NCBI GenBank assembly: GCA_001643675.2
Contig: LSRY02000071.1
Span: 108,347-172,346 of the forward strand
Reading direction: 5' to 3'
Length of the DNA stretch: 64,000 bases
Source: Monocercomonoides exilis PA203
Lineage: Eukaryota > Protista > Preaxostyla
The notes beneath the pieces were generated by a model that saw only the letters and a list, made by a program, of their open reading frames with translations, was not told where the DNA came from and ran no database searches. Below, in pieces: positions 48,428 through 60,678 of this stretch (the first letter of the stretch is position 1; each line of letters opens with the position of its first letter). The translations under genes were made by a program, and so were the position numbers.

Positions 48428-50311
48428 TTGGGGGTGAGTGGAAGGAAGGGGAGTGTGGTTGTGGTGAGAGGGTGTGTTGTGGGAATGGGGAAGGATGATG
48501 GGGCAGGGGCATTTGATGTGAGTGGGAGCATTGGGGTGTTGACAAACATTACATTGAAAGGGTGGGGAAGAGGGAGAGAGATCTATTCAGGCAGGCTGTT
48601 TGGAGGGAAGGGACATGGAAGGGAGAAGAGTGGAGATGAAGAAAAAGGAGGAGAAGGAGGAGAAAGAGGAAGAGGAAAAGGAAGAGAAGGAGATGGAGAT
48701 GGAGAAGGCATTGAAGGGAGTATTTCAGTGAGTGAATCACATTTCTCTTCTTTTTGTGTCTCATCAGCCCCATTCCTGTCATCCCCTTCTATTCCCCTAA
48801 TGTCCCTCTCCAAACTCACTTTTTTCAACATCTCGACAGCAAATGATGCATGTTCACCTTCAACAACTACGTCAACCCAAGCCTCATGTTTGATGAGCAG
48901 TTGCTCATTTTCGTCTGTTTGTGATGCATATGATGGCGGGATTGTTCCTTCTCTGAACAGCCCCTTGGCTTCCTTATCTGTTTCGAACACATCATTCGTT
49001 GGATGTTGTCGGACAAGAAATGTTGTATGTGAAGGAAATGCAGATAATAAGAAACAGCCAGGGAGACAGAACACAACAGCCAATGGAGCTAATTCATTCA
49101 CTTGGTGCGAGTGGAACGGATCGAAGACAACAGGAGAAGTTAGCTCATACACCGATGGCTCTTCGAATGGTGGAGCAATCTGCATGTTCAGCTTATCGTC
49201 TGGAACGCTTTCAGTGAAATGCTGTTCGTTCAGTGGATGTGAAGCGTATTATTCGGGAGGAGGCATTCATTGCTACAACATCAAATCGGTTGATATTACA
49301 AATAACACATTCGACTCGTGCACTGCTCGAACATGGATTGGAGGAGGGATATGTGTTTATACAACTTCAACATGCACTCGAATCAGCGAATGTGAATTTC
49401 GGAGTTGTCAGGCTTCTGGCTATGGAGGAGGGCTTTATCTTAATGATTTCAAGGTTTCAGGAACAGGATTCATTCCAACAGAAAATGGAGAAGGGGAGAG
49501 TGCGTGCGTGTTTGACTGCTGTTTCACTTCATGCTCAATTACAAATAATTATGGTGGAGGCATGTATTGCGCTTCTGTTCCTGCCACGCAATTCAAAATG
49601 AGGAGCATTCAGTTTATTTCTTGCTCTGCAACTGCATATGGCGGAGGTTTAAGATTGTATCCGAATAGACAAACATCGCAAAATGATATTATTTATTGCT
49701 ATTTCCTTTTCTTCCATGAATGCAAATGCTCGGCCAATCCTCCATTCGGCCATGATATTGCATATGCAGATTATCACAAACAATTTTTGGATTCTGGTAA
49801 TCCGTTTTACGAGTGCTATACTACAAATGCTGATGATAGGAGAATGTTTTATGAACACTATGATGGTACTAATTGGATCCACAAGCACACCGAAAAGTGG
49901 AATTGGCTGAAAAGAGGGATTCTCAATCGGTTTGTGGCGGTGAGCGGAGGAAACGCAGAAGAGTTATGTGGACTGGATGAGTCAAGTGCATGCCGAACCA
50001 TTGGTGTTGCAGTCAGTCGGAGCGTGATCCAGGTGAGCCTGTCAGTCACACTGATGGAAGGGAATCACACAAGCGAGACAACAACAATTGAGATTGGATC
50101 GAAGAAAATTTCAGTCATTGGGAAAGGGAGGACGGAGAGTTCGATTGGAACAGGAGCCCTTTCATCATCATCAGCAGTAGGAACGTTGTTCAGTGTGACG
50201 ACAGGTCATCTTGGTTTATTGCACATGGAGGTTGATTGCAACTCAAGTGCAAGTCCTTCGCCGAGTGTGGTTGTTTTTTATGAAAGTGAAATATATTCAT
50301 TAGAATTTTAA
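48428..50311 (+). CDS. Cassette C12 (mirror of C7), Gly/Glu-rich leader, module A
   Basis: 627-aa ORF; differs from C7 at two isolated codons plus a clustered patch at ~49929-50071. Confidence 0.8.
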   Translation: MGVSGRKGSVVVVRGCVVGMGKDDGAGAFDVSGSIGVLTNITLKGWGRGREIYSGRLFGGKGHGREKSGDEEKGGEGGERGRGKGREGDGDGEGIEGSISVSESHFSSFCVSSAPFLSSPSIPLMSLSKLTFFNISTANDACSPSTTTSTQASCLMSSCSFSSVCDAYDGGIVPSLNSPLASLSVSNTSFVGCCRTRNVVCEGNADNKKQPGRQNTTANGANSFTWCEWNGSKTTGEVSSYTDGSSNGGAICMFSLSSGTLSVKCCSFSGCEAYYSGGGIHCYNIKSVDITNNTFDSCTARTWIGGGICVYTTSTCTRISECEFRSCQASGYGGGLYLNDFKVSGTGFIPTENGEGESACVFDCCFTSCSITNNYGGGMYCASVPATQFKMRSIQFISCSATAYGGGLRLYPNRQTSQNDIIYCYFLFFHECKCSANPPFGHDIAYADYHKQFLDSGNPFYECYTTNADDRRMFYEHYDGTNWIHKHTEKWNWLKRGILNRFVAVSGGNAEELCGLDESSACRTIGVAVSRSVIQVSLSVTLMEGNHTSETTTIEIGSKKISVIGKGRTESSIGTGALSSSSAVGTLFSVTTGHLGLLHMEVDCNSSASPSPSVVVFYESEIYSLEF

Positions 50312-50846
50312 AGTAATTTTGTCAAATGAGAAATGGAGAAAGACAATGTCTCAAAAGTTGCATGTTATTTGTTTGATTTTTTGTATTTGTTATATTCATA
50401 TTTCGTTGTGTTTTGTTTTCAAATGCATATTGTTTTCATTTCATTATAATTTTTATGGATTTTTTGCGAGATGGAAAAAAGAAATAATTTTTCAAAAATT
50501 CAAATATTTGTTATTTTTTCAAGAATAAATGAAAAAGAAGAAAAGAAGAAAAACCTCTTCAATGCCATTTTTTCATTTCTTGAAAAGAGAAAAGATTGTT
50601 GAAAAAGTAATATTGAAAATAATTCTTTTTCATGAAATATTCATCATCTTGTGAATATTACTCATAAAGAATGAAATTCTTATGCCTAACAAAAAATCTT
50701 TTTCACCTTCAACAGAATAATCTCATTTCTTGTATTTTTTGTTTAAATCATTATCTTTTTTACTCATTTGTTTGTTTGTTTTATTGAATTTTCAAATATG
50801 ATCTTTCATTTCTTTTTTCATCAAAGAAGAGATATTTGAAAAAAAT

Positions 50847-51086
50847 GGGTAATTCTTTTTGAAAAGTCGCAAATGTTAAATTTTCAAATAAATCAAAAAC
50901 TTCATATTTGGCTCAAATTTTCGTTGGCATACACCAAACTTCACTAATATGGAATGTATTTAAGGATGATGCTATTTCACACATTCGAAAGAAGATTCAT
51001 AAGTGGAAACGAAAATTTGAACACAATATGAAATTTTTGAATTATTTGAAAATTAAACATTTGCGACTTTTCAAAATGAATGACCC
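50847..51086. mobile_element. 240-bp MITE with ~78-bp imperfect TIRs (GGGT...ACCC) and 4-bp TSD AAAT
   Basis: TSD at 50843-50846 and 51087-51090; empty site at ~26231-26245 in the mirror arm; TIR core TTTTGAAAAGTCGCAAATGTT at both ends. Confidence 0.88.
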
Positions 51087-52889
51087 AAATTATTCCTGTT
51101 TTCAATGGGAAAAAATAAAGTTATAAAATTGTTTCTTGTTTCTTAAATTTTTTTTAACATGTGAATTCAAAGAAGGACGAAAAAAAATAACGGATGAATT
51201 TAAAGACAGAACGAAAATTTTCAATATTATCAGAATTTTGATTAATATTTCAGACTTTATGACATATTATTGTTTTGTTCAAAAAAAACATGCACATTCC
51301 GAGTTTTCTTTTTCTTTTCTTTTTATTCAAACATCAATTGAATTGTGTTCATGAAAAAATAACTTTTTCTAAAAACAATCAAAAAATAGTAATGATGCGG
51401 ATTCATTTGAATGAAGCTGTTTTTGTTGAATAACAATCCAGCATGAGAATTGTGGTTTCAAAAATAATCACCCAAAAAATCTGGCTGAATCTTTCATTGA
51501 GTTGAAAATGTTTTCTGTGATTTGTTTGTGATTATTTGAAGGGATTGAGTGTTTTTGCTTTTTTCACTTCTTTTCGAACACTCAACTGAAACGCAAGGGC
51601 TCAATCAAAATAAAACGATTAAATTGGGGAAAGCATTCAAATGAGAATATTTATAATTGTTTTTTAAATCAAAACATTTTTCGGAGAATGTGTCATTTTC
51701 TGATTCGCAGTTATTTGCAAAAGAATTTTAACAAAAGTGTCACATGTTTTCAAATTATTGTTTTCCAAACACACATTGTCATTGAAAGACAGAAAAGATC
51801 ATTCAAGATTTTTATTGAAATAATGGATTGATTTCAAAGAATTTGTGACAAATTGTTGATTCCAAAATATTGATAGGAAAAATGTGAAATCAAAAAGAAT
51901 CACCCACACTCCAATAAAAAAGAAAAATCGATCTGATTGGTATGACTTTTTCTTTTGAATAACAAATGTGTGAATGTGTGTTGAGTCCTTCAAAGGAAAT
52001 CTTCATTTTCTGTGAAACAATCATTTTTGTGAAACCACAAATATTTCCAGACATCAATTCAGGTGCAAAACAAATATCCGACTTCATTTAGAATGTTGAT
52101 TTTCAAGCATTTTTTTCACAATTCATCATAACTTCTCTTCTCCAAATAAACTCAACATTCTGGCTGGAAATCATGAATAAATTTCTTTTTCATGTTTGTT
52201 ATGAAATACAAGAATTTTGATGAAATATTGTTTGGAAACAAGGAATATGTGTTTTTCAAACAATTTTTATTTTAAGTGTTTTTTTAAAAACTATAAATTT
52301 TATTCACTATTCGTATTTTTTATAAAAAAGTGATTGAAGTTCCATCCTTTATCTCATATTTCTTTCTGTCATTCATTCTCCATGTCATTGACCGAACTGA
52401 AATAATGTTTCAACCTTGAAGAGATAATACTACTGAACTCGACGGAGTACAAAATTTCAATTTCTTTTGGATATTAAAAAGGAAATGTGTTCTCGGTTCA
52501 ATAAATCATTCAAATCAAATAGATTTTGACTTTTAAATTCTAATCAGTTTATTCTTCTTTTTGAAGTGAATTTTAATGAATCACTGTTATTCTTTCAAAT
52601 CAAAAAATGAAAAATATGATTTTTTTTGTTCAAATCAACAAGATATTTAGACAAAGAGTTTTTGATATCACGGTTTGCGGATTCACTGTTATCTTGTCCA
52701 AATTCCTTGAAATGATATTTATTTCGAATTTTTCAAATATATTTTTTCAAAAAGAAACGATTCAAAACTCGCCTTTTGCAACAAAACAACTATCAACAAT
52801 AATCACAATTAATAATAATTTATTATCTTTATTTTTTGTTGAATTCAAGTTGATTGATTGTTTTTTTCTAATTTATTGATCGAAATATA

Positions 52890-54500
52890 AGTTGGAATGT
52901 GATTTTGTGAGAACAAAACTTATTTTTTTTCTCCAGAAACACCGAATACTTCTTGAGCAACGATGTGACATCGCGAGCAGAATGGAGAGGCTTGCCAGGT
53001 GCTTCATTACCGAAAATGACATGTCTTTTTTGGAACGAACAATGAACAGTTTTGCATCGAAATCACTAACTTTCCTCATTCTGTTTGTTCCAGCAGTTGT
53101 TCCACAAAAAGACACTCGCAGTTGCTGGGCATCCACCAACAGAGTCTGGCGCACGAGCAGCTTCAGCGAATCTTTCCATTTTGTGTTTTGTGTGAAAGGA
53201 GGGGAAACGACAAGAAACGAGATGTTTTCATGAACACTCAAGATTGAGTGCGATTGCTCGAAATACTGGTTGCATATTGCCAAACATGAATCCTGCCACA
53301 TGGATTTCATGCACTATTTTTTTTGGACAACAACCGATGCAGTATTTGAATTTATTATTTTTTTTACAAAACATTGCAGAACTGAATCCCTCACAAATCA
53401 CGTGGAATGAGAATATTTGGAGTATTGCTACATGATCAAGCGTATATCCGATATTTTCTCTTCGATGTCTTTGCCGACTTGAGCCGATGACGATTTTTTG
53501 GTTGCTTGTCACAATTTCTCCGTTGATTTGAACAAAGCGATTTGTTTGTCTCCAAAAATGAGCGAAATGCAATAATTCGTATCATGGATTGAGCTGATGA
53601 AGCTTTTCGCAAGCATTTTTGCAGATTGAGTCTTGATGATTTTTCACTGATCCTTTTTGAGTTATTCACCGTTCCCTCCAAAGAAGCGTTATTGGAGCCT
53701 CGGAACATGATTTTCGACCAAGCATATTATTGTCCTCCTACAAAGAAATTCTACATATTTCTTCACCACATTCATTGTCTTACCACCAATTTCAGCCTCA
53801 GTGGAGAAACTCTACCAAAGAAACGATATGAAAAGACAACGAGACTGCCATTTGCCATTCAATCAATGATGAACATCCTTCCCCTGCCATCATTGGTTCT
53901 ATTTGATTGCAGCATTTGTTGGAATACGAAGCCATCTTCAACAACAACATCATCATTCTTCACTGATTCACACAAAAAAGTTCTTATAACGAAAATGAAA
54001 TTATTTCTTCGTTGTTTGTTTCAATCACATTTCAATGACAGATCAGAAGAAGGCGATTGAGGCAGAGAGATGAATGAAGAGCGTTATTCGCTAATTGCTT
54101 TCTTTATTGAGGAGGAAACAGCCAAGCAATTTGGATGAAGAAATGAAGATGGGATGAAATATTCATTTGATATTTGCAATGGAAGGGGGAAAATGGGTGA
54201 AGAGACATTCAAATTGATGATGTTTGAAGGTTTGTTTGTTTGTTTTATTGATTAATTGATTTATTTATCTTTTTTTGATCAATTGATTTTTCATCAGAAA
54301 AGAGGGAAAAGAAGAAGAAAAGCACAATTTTCACGATTTTTCTTTTCAACATGGGTATCTTTTTTTTCAAAGGCAAGAAATGAATTCTTGATGAGGAATT
54401 GAGCGCCAATTTGTTGCATTGGGAAAGGAAGAGGTGTTTGTGTGTGTGCGTGTGTGTGGCCATCTGAGACAGCAAGGGGGATAAGCAGAGCAGAAGAAGG
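52890..54500 (+). pseudogene. Probable decayed gene of unknown function with one intron-like segment (54230-54297); mirror at ~22820-24430 on the minus strand
   Basis: Higher-GC coding-like stretch broken into 113-aa and 144-aa ORFs by stops; GAAG|GTTTGT...TCATCAG| boundaries. No recognised domain. Confidence 0.35.
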
Positions 54501-55428
54501 CTGTGTGCTTTGTCAGATAGAAGATGCGAATGATTTGAGATGCAACTGCGAAACAGGAGAAACATAAAGAGAGAAAGAGAGAAAGAGAGAAAAAGAGAGA
54601 AAAAGAAAGAAATTTGTCATTTTGAGAAGTGGCCAATTGGAAGAGATGAGGCTCAGCTGTTGTGCTGTCTGTTGGTGTTGGCATTGGAGTTGGTGTTGGT
54701 GTGGAAGAAGCACTTGCGAAATAATGACGAATTTATCTTCTGAGTGTGAGGATATCATCATTTGCTTCATCAATTTCGATGGTATTTAAATATTCTTATA
54801 ATTTTTATTCTTTTTTTCTTTGATTATTTTCGAATTAGATTTTTTCTTTTTTCATTTTTGTCAAACAGATTTTTGTTTTTGGCTTTCGCCAACATTATTT
54901 GATCAACAGATTGAATTTTATTATCACGCATGTTTATATTTTCAGCCAGCCGATGCATCGAATAGCCATTTGGAGCTGAAAAGCTTTCCTTGAAAATGGA
55001 CAATCCTATTTCTCCATGACATTCAACATTATTTTCTTTTGTTTTCTCCTTTGTTTTGATTTTTTGTTTTTTCTCACACAGTATGTCGTTCAATCGACAC
55101 GTGTTGTCCCAATCAATTTTCATCCAATAAAGAAAAAGTTAAAAAAAAAATATCATTGTTATTCACTTTAATTTGATAAAAGAACAATAATAAAAGATAA
55201 CACAAGGAAACAAAATGAAAGAAAAGGAAAAGAAAGAATAAAAAAATTGAGATGAGGATGAAGAAGAAGATGAGGAATAAAAAGAGGGATAAAAAGCTTT
55301 TTTTGAACAAATAAAAATTATTGATGAAAAAGTTGGAAAGAACAAATGAATATTAAGCATATCCTTCGCAATTAGCAGTATCAACAAATGCTCTGAATCT
55401 GTCTTTCTGCTCCGAGTTCTTTGTTGTC

Positions 55429-57039
55429 TCAAATATCTGCTCGGAAAAAATAACAGGAGAAGGGATGTTGAAAATAAGATTTTTGTAGATTAATAGTTGA
55501 CATGAAATGAGCTGAAGCTGTTGAATCACTTTTTCTCGAGGATAGTTGATAAATAGGGAGAAGAAAGAATGAGCAGAAAAAGATAAAGAAGAGAATGATG
55601 AAATATAAAAAATTTGTTTCTGTTCCAATCGAACGTGTTTCTCTTCTTTTCCCAATGACTGAAATCTTCTTTTCTCCAATCTCAATTGTTGTCACCTCGC
55701 TTGTGTGATCCCCTCCCATCAGCGTGACTGACAGGCTCACCTGAATCACGCTCTTTTCAACTGCAACACCAATGGTTCTGCATGCACTTGACTCATCCAG
55801 TCCACACAACTCTTCTTCACCGCCACCACTCACAGCCACAAATCGGTTGAGAATCCCTCTCTTCAGCCAATCCCACTTTTCTGTGTGCTGATATGTCCAA
55901 CCCTTGGAATCCGTATAATCATGTCCATAGCACACCCTCTGGTCATCTGTGTTTGTGGTGTAACATTCATAGAACGGATTATTCGAAGATAAGAAAACAT
56001 TATATCGATCATAATATACCATATCATGACCATATGGCGTATCTGCAGAGCATTTGCATTCATGAAAGAACAAAAAATAACAATAAATCACGTCATTTTG
56101 TGATGCTTGTCTGTATGGATACAGCTCCAATCCACCTCCATGTGCCGATGCTGAACATGAAATAAACTGAATGCTCCTCATTTTGAATTGCGTGATTGGA
56201 ATATTTGCACAATACATGCCTCCACCGTAGTAATTTGTCACCGAGCATGAAGTGAAACTGCAGTCAAACACACACGCACTCTCCCCTTCTCCATTTTCTG
56301 TTGGAATGCATCCTGCTCCTATGGCATTAAAATTATCAAGATCAAGACCTCCTCCATTATAATTTGCTTTACAATTCTGGAATTCACATCCGCTGATTCG
56401 TACACATGTTGAAATCGTTACAACGTATAATCCTCCTCCGTAATGGTTTTGTGCTGTGCAAGCATTGAACATGTTATTTTCGATACGCACAGTCTTGATT
56501 GTGTTGCACATAATTCCACCTCCACGGCTGTATGCAAAGCAATTATTAAACAGACAATGTGAAACAGAGAGCTCTCCAGAATTGAGATTGTACATGCAGA
56601 TAGCCCCGCCACTCGATATTCCATCTGAAACAGAATCGCTTTCTCCTGTTGTCTTCGATCCACTCCACTCACACCACGTGAATGTATTCGGTCCATTGGC
56701 TGTTATGTTCTGTCTTTCTGGTTGTTTCTTATTAGTTTCAGTTCCATTGCATTCAACATTTCTTGTTCTGCAACACCCAACAAACGAGGTGTTTGAGGTG
56801 GTCAAAGAGGTCAAGGGGTCATTGAGGGAATGAACAATCCCGCTATCATAAACGTCACAAACTGATGAGAATGAACAACTATTCATTAGATATGAGGTTT
56901 GGGATGATGTAGTCGTTGAAGGTGAGCATGCTTCATTTGCTGTTGAGATGTTGAAAAATGTGAGTTTGGAGAGTGAAACAAGAGGGATTGAAGGTGATGA
57001 GAGGAATGGGGTTGAAGATTGGACAAGAAATTCTCTCAC
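55429..57039 (-). CDS. Cassette C13: mosaic beta-helix fragment, module A (positional mirror of C6)
   Basis: 536-aa ORF, GTG start; homology ends at SIGTE (~55617). Confidence 0.8.
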   Translation of the reverse strand: MREFLVQSSTPFLSSPSIPLVSLSKLTFFNISTANEACSPSTTTSSQTSYLMNSCSFSSVCDVYDSGIVHSLNDPLTSLTTSNTSFVGCCRTRNVECNGTETNKKQPERQNITANGPNTFTWCEWSGSKTTGESDSVSDGISSGGAICMYNLNSGELSVSHCLFNNCFAYSRGGGIMCNTIKTVRIENNMFNACTAQNHYGGGLYVVTISTCVRISGCEFQNCKANYNGGGLDLDNFNAIGAGCIPTENGEGESACVFDCSFTSCSVTNYYGGGMYCANIPITQFKMRSIQFISCSASAHGGGLELYPYRQASQNDVIYCYFLFFHECKCSADTPYGHDMVYYDRYNVFLSSNNPFYECYTTNTDDQRVCYGHDYTDSKGWTYQHTEKWDWLKRGILNRFVAVSGGGEEELCGLDESSACRTIGVAVEKSVIQVSLSVTLMGGDHTSEVTTIEIGEKKISVIGKRRETRSIGTETNFLYFIILFFIFFCSFFLLPIYQLSSRKSDSTASAHFMSTINLQKSYFQHPFSCYFFRADI

Positions 57040-60000
57040 AGAAATTTCTTTCCTTCAACGTTTCCTTCTCTTCCCCTTCATTCAGAAAAATTTTGCAAAA
57101 TATCCCAATAAGTTTTAGTATCTTTTTTTTGTCTTCGCTCGCCTCTTCTGATAGGAATGTTTTCGCCTAAATCTTTTTTTTCCTTCTGTTTCCGTTTTCT
57201 TCCTTCTTTCCATATTCCATTCGCATTCATCCCTTTTGGATATTCATGCAAAACTCCCTGTCATCATAAAAAAAAAAAAGAAAAAAAATATTTAAAATGT
57301 AATACAAAATATCACAAACCAGTACTATTTTCCTTTCGCAATCTGCTTCCTTTTCTTCATCTTCATATCCTTCTTGACTTCCTGTCACATTTCTTCTTCA
57401 GCCATTTCCTCAATTTTCCGATTATTCTTTTCTGTTGCTTCCCCTCCTTCTTTTTCAAATCGCTGCACAAATCTTCAAAGCCCTCCTCTTCCATTCATTT
57501 CATTGATTTCCTCCAGCTCATTCTTCGATATTCTCAAAAAAATTGTCATTGCCTGCTTTCTGAAAAGCATCAAATATGCTCTTTTCCCCATGTTCATTCG
57601 TTGCCTGAAAATGTCCTTCCATAAATCTTAATCCCTCAAAAAAAAAAAATAAAATGTTTGAAAAATTGGAGGAAAAAAATAATACAAAACAAACTCTGAA
57701 ATATATTTATCGCCAATCTTCACACACTTTCTTCTTCTTCTTCGAATGCCTCTCAAAATATTGTTCTTTTCTGCCAACAAAACTCGCCTTTTTTGCTTCC
57801 CTTGTATGTTTCATTGCCAATGAAAGTGATTCTGTTCTGCTTCCAAAAACTTGCTTCATTTCCAATTCTCGGCACTGATTCCGCTCGAATAACACACAAA
57901 TAATAAAAATGCTTCAATATAATTTTAATGAAGATGAAGAAGATAATGACAGCGGTGATGGCGATGATAGAGATGAAGATGATAAAGTTGGTGAATGCGA
58001 TGTTATTTTCAAGTTTGAATACTATGTGTCTTCTGTCAGAAGATATCTTCAGCATCGCAACCTCGTTCTCTGCTCTTGTGAATAACCCTTCGATGATGCA
58101 ATGCAAAAGGCGATAGCAAAATGGCTCAAAGTCCATTTTGCCTGTAATTTGCCTCCAGCTGCCGTATTACGCAAAACTGTCTGTTTTTCTCGTTTTTTCG
58201 CCTCTCAAGCCAAGCAATGAAAAGCAGTTCCATCCCTCTCCTCAGTCCGTAAAATCAATGTCTTGTCCTTCTTCTCCAAAGAAAGGCGCATTGTTCTGTC
58301 CAAACTGATTTCAATCTCCTGTTTCAGTTATTTGCCCCAATCTCTCCAACAAACTTAAAAATGAAAATGTCCTCTTCCTCTTTTTAAAAAACTCTCCCTT
58401 TTCATAGATATTGAGCATTCTTCCATTTTGCCTTGGAAGTCTTCCAATCCCGTTGACTTCTGCTCCATCAAAACTCATTTTTCGTCGTATTTCTATCCAT
58501 CGCGCATGTTGAGTCCAAAATAATTGCCACAAATATTTATGACAAAATATATTCAGGCTCTAGTAATATATTTGTAAAATAATGTTTGTCTCACTTCATT
58601 GCTGTTCTCCTCTGCAAAGAATAAATTGTCCATTTTAAATAATTTGTCTGAATCACGACTTTGGAGAGGATACGGATGGAAATATCTTCACAACAAATAG
58701 AACAATAAAAATTACATACATCAAAAATTCTTCATTTCCATCGAAAATATTGTTGTTACACAGCCATCCAGCAATCAATATGAACAATTTCATCTTCCAT
58801 TAAACAAATATTCTTTTGCAATACTCAACCCATTCGCTGGAAATATTTCACTTGGTCAATCTGCCTTTGTTTTAGCTTCGGAGTCTCACTCCGTTGGCAG
58901 TTTCTGAGCATTTGATATTGCTTGATCATTTTCCATAACGAATAAGAGTCTCAAAAGAAAAGGAGCACAACTCGATGTGTCGTGGCTGAATGGGCATATG
59001 AAGACAATGCGATAACAAAAGGATGGATTTGTGGTATGGGGTGAAGGAGTTGAGTTCTTGGAGGAAACAGGGTTTTGAGAGGGAAAGGAGCGACAAAAGG
59101 ATGTTTTTTGTGGAAAAGAGGTGTTTTTGCGAGATTTCAGATGCAAAACGGATGTGCGGGAGATGGATTTGGATGGGATTTTGAGGGGTTGTTTTTTCGA
59201 TTTTTATCATTGGGAAGGTGTTGAGGCAGTGTTTATTATTTGAGAAAAGGAATTTGTTGTTGAGGAGGTGGGATAAGAGGGAAAACAAGAAAGGTGGAGT
59301 GAATGGAATATATTTATTGGAGAGGAGGATAAGAGATGGAGAGATATGGAAAAGGGATATTTTTTTTTTTCAAATGCAGGGAGAGAGAGGAGGGAGGCAT
59401 ATGAGGCGGAACAAAGAGAAGAGATTTTGTGGGCTTATGTTTGATAAGAAGGAAAAGTGGGATTGAAGAAAAAAAAGTGAAGAAAAATATTCTTCAAATT
59501 TTTATATTATTTATTTTGTGAACCGTTTGGCCGCGCCTCTCATTTGCAGGGCAAGTGTTGGAGGCAGAGGTGGAGAAAGACAGGAAGAAGGAACATCAGC
59601 GCTGGCACTTTGCATTGGAGGTGTGGAGACAGAGGAAGATGAAGGGCTGACAATGAGAGAGTATTTTGCAATGGAAAGAGACAGAAAAAGGATGGAGGTA
59701 TTTTTTTTTTTTTTTTTTTGGTTGGAAGAAGGGCATGGGAGATGAGGAGACAGGGATTGTGATATTTGGCGTGGTGGTATTATTGTTGTTTTGGGGGGAA
59801 ATGGAGAGAAGAAGAAGAAGATTTGGGCAAGGGATGGGAAGAGATTCTTTGGATAGAATCTTCTTCTTTGCCAGTTTTTTTAAAAGAATGGAATTTGTGG
59901 AGGTAATTTGAGAGGAAGCAGAACAGAAGATTGAGCTTTTGTTAATATTTTAAAAAGAAGAAGAAAGAAAAAGCCAGCGAAAGGCGGTCATTGTGAAAGA

Positions 60001-60678
60001 TATAGGTTTGGATATTTTTAATTATAATTTTTCATATATTATTTTTTTATGAAACTAGGATTTTTGCAAGAATGTTCAACGAAAACGAATGAACAAGGAG
60101 TATGGAAAGAGGGGATATTGGATGCATATAAAGAAATCTGGAGATAATAATTGGAAGGCGTTTGGTGGAGTGAGCTGGCGCAAAATATAAATGAAAGGAA
60201 AAGAGAAGAAGATATATTTTTATTTGAAGGTTTTGGAAGACATATATAATGAATCTTAACGAAAGCGAAAAATGAGATCAAGGAATTGATGATATGACAG
60301 AAGAAGAAATTTGAGAAAATTTGAGAAGAAGAAGCGGAAGATGGTGAAAAGAAAATGGTACGGGGCTTTTCATATCTATTATTGGAATTTTTTTAACAAT
60401 TTTATATTTTTGTATATTTTTAAATTTTTGTTTTATTAAATATATTTTTAAATGATAGCAGGAGCTTTTGCGTGAATATTCAAAATGAATGGATGCGAAT
60501 GGAACAAGGTTAGGAGCGAAAGATGGAAACAAAAGGAAAAGGAATACCGGGAAAGCAGACGATGAAGAAGGGGCAGAAGAGATAGGAAAAGGGATACGGC
60601 CACATTAGGATATTTTGTGAAATTTCACCAAGAGGCAAGGGGGAGAGGAAGAGAAGGAGGCAAAAAAGAAGCGTTTCA

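Larger units (their letters stand above)
38096..54570 (-). repeat. Palindrome P2, right high-identity arm, containing two arm-specific transposon insertions; diverged continuation to ~63.1 kb
   Basis: Reverse complement of 22750-37518 apart from the insertions at 42414-43875 and 50847-51086 and local diverged patches. Confidence 0.95.

Noticed and set aside
5025-54570. Palindromes as pure assembly or amplification fold-back artefacts
   Set aside because: Arm-specific TSD-flanked insertions, in-register diverged inner stems, conversion patches and diverged outer arms are not produced by chimeric reads. Read-level confirmation is still advisable, especially for P1.
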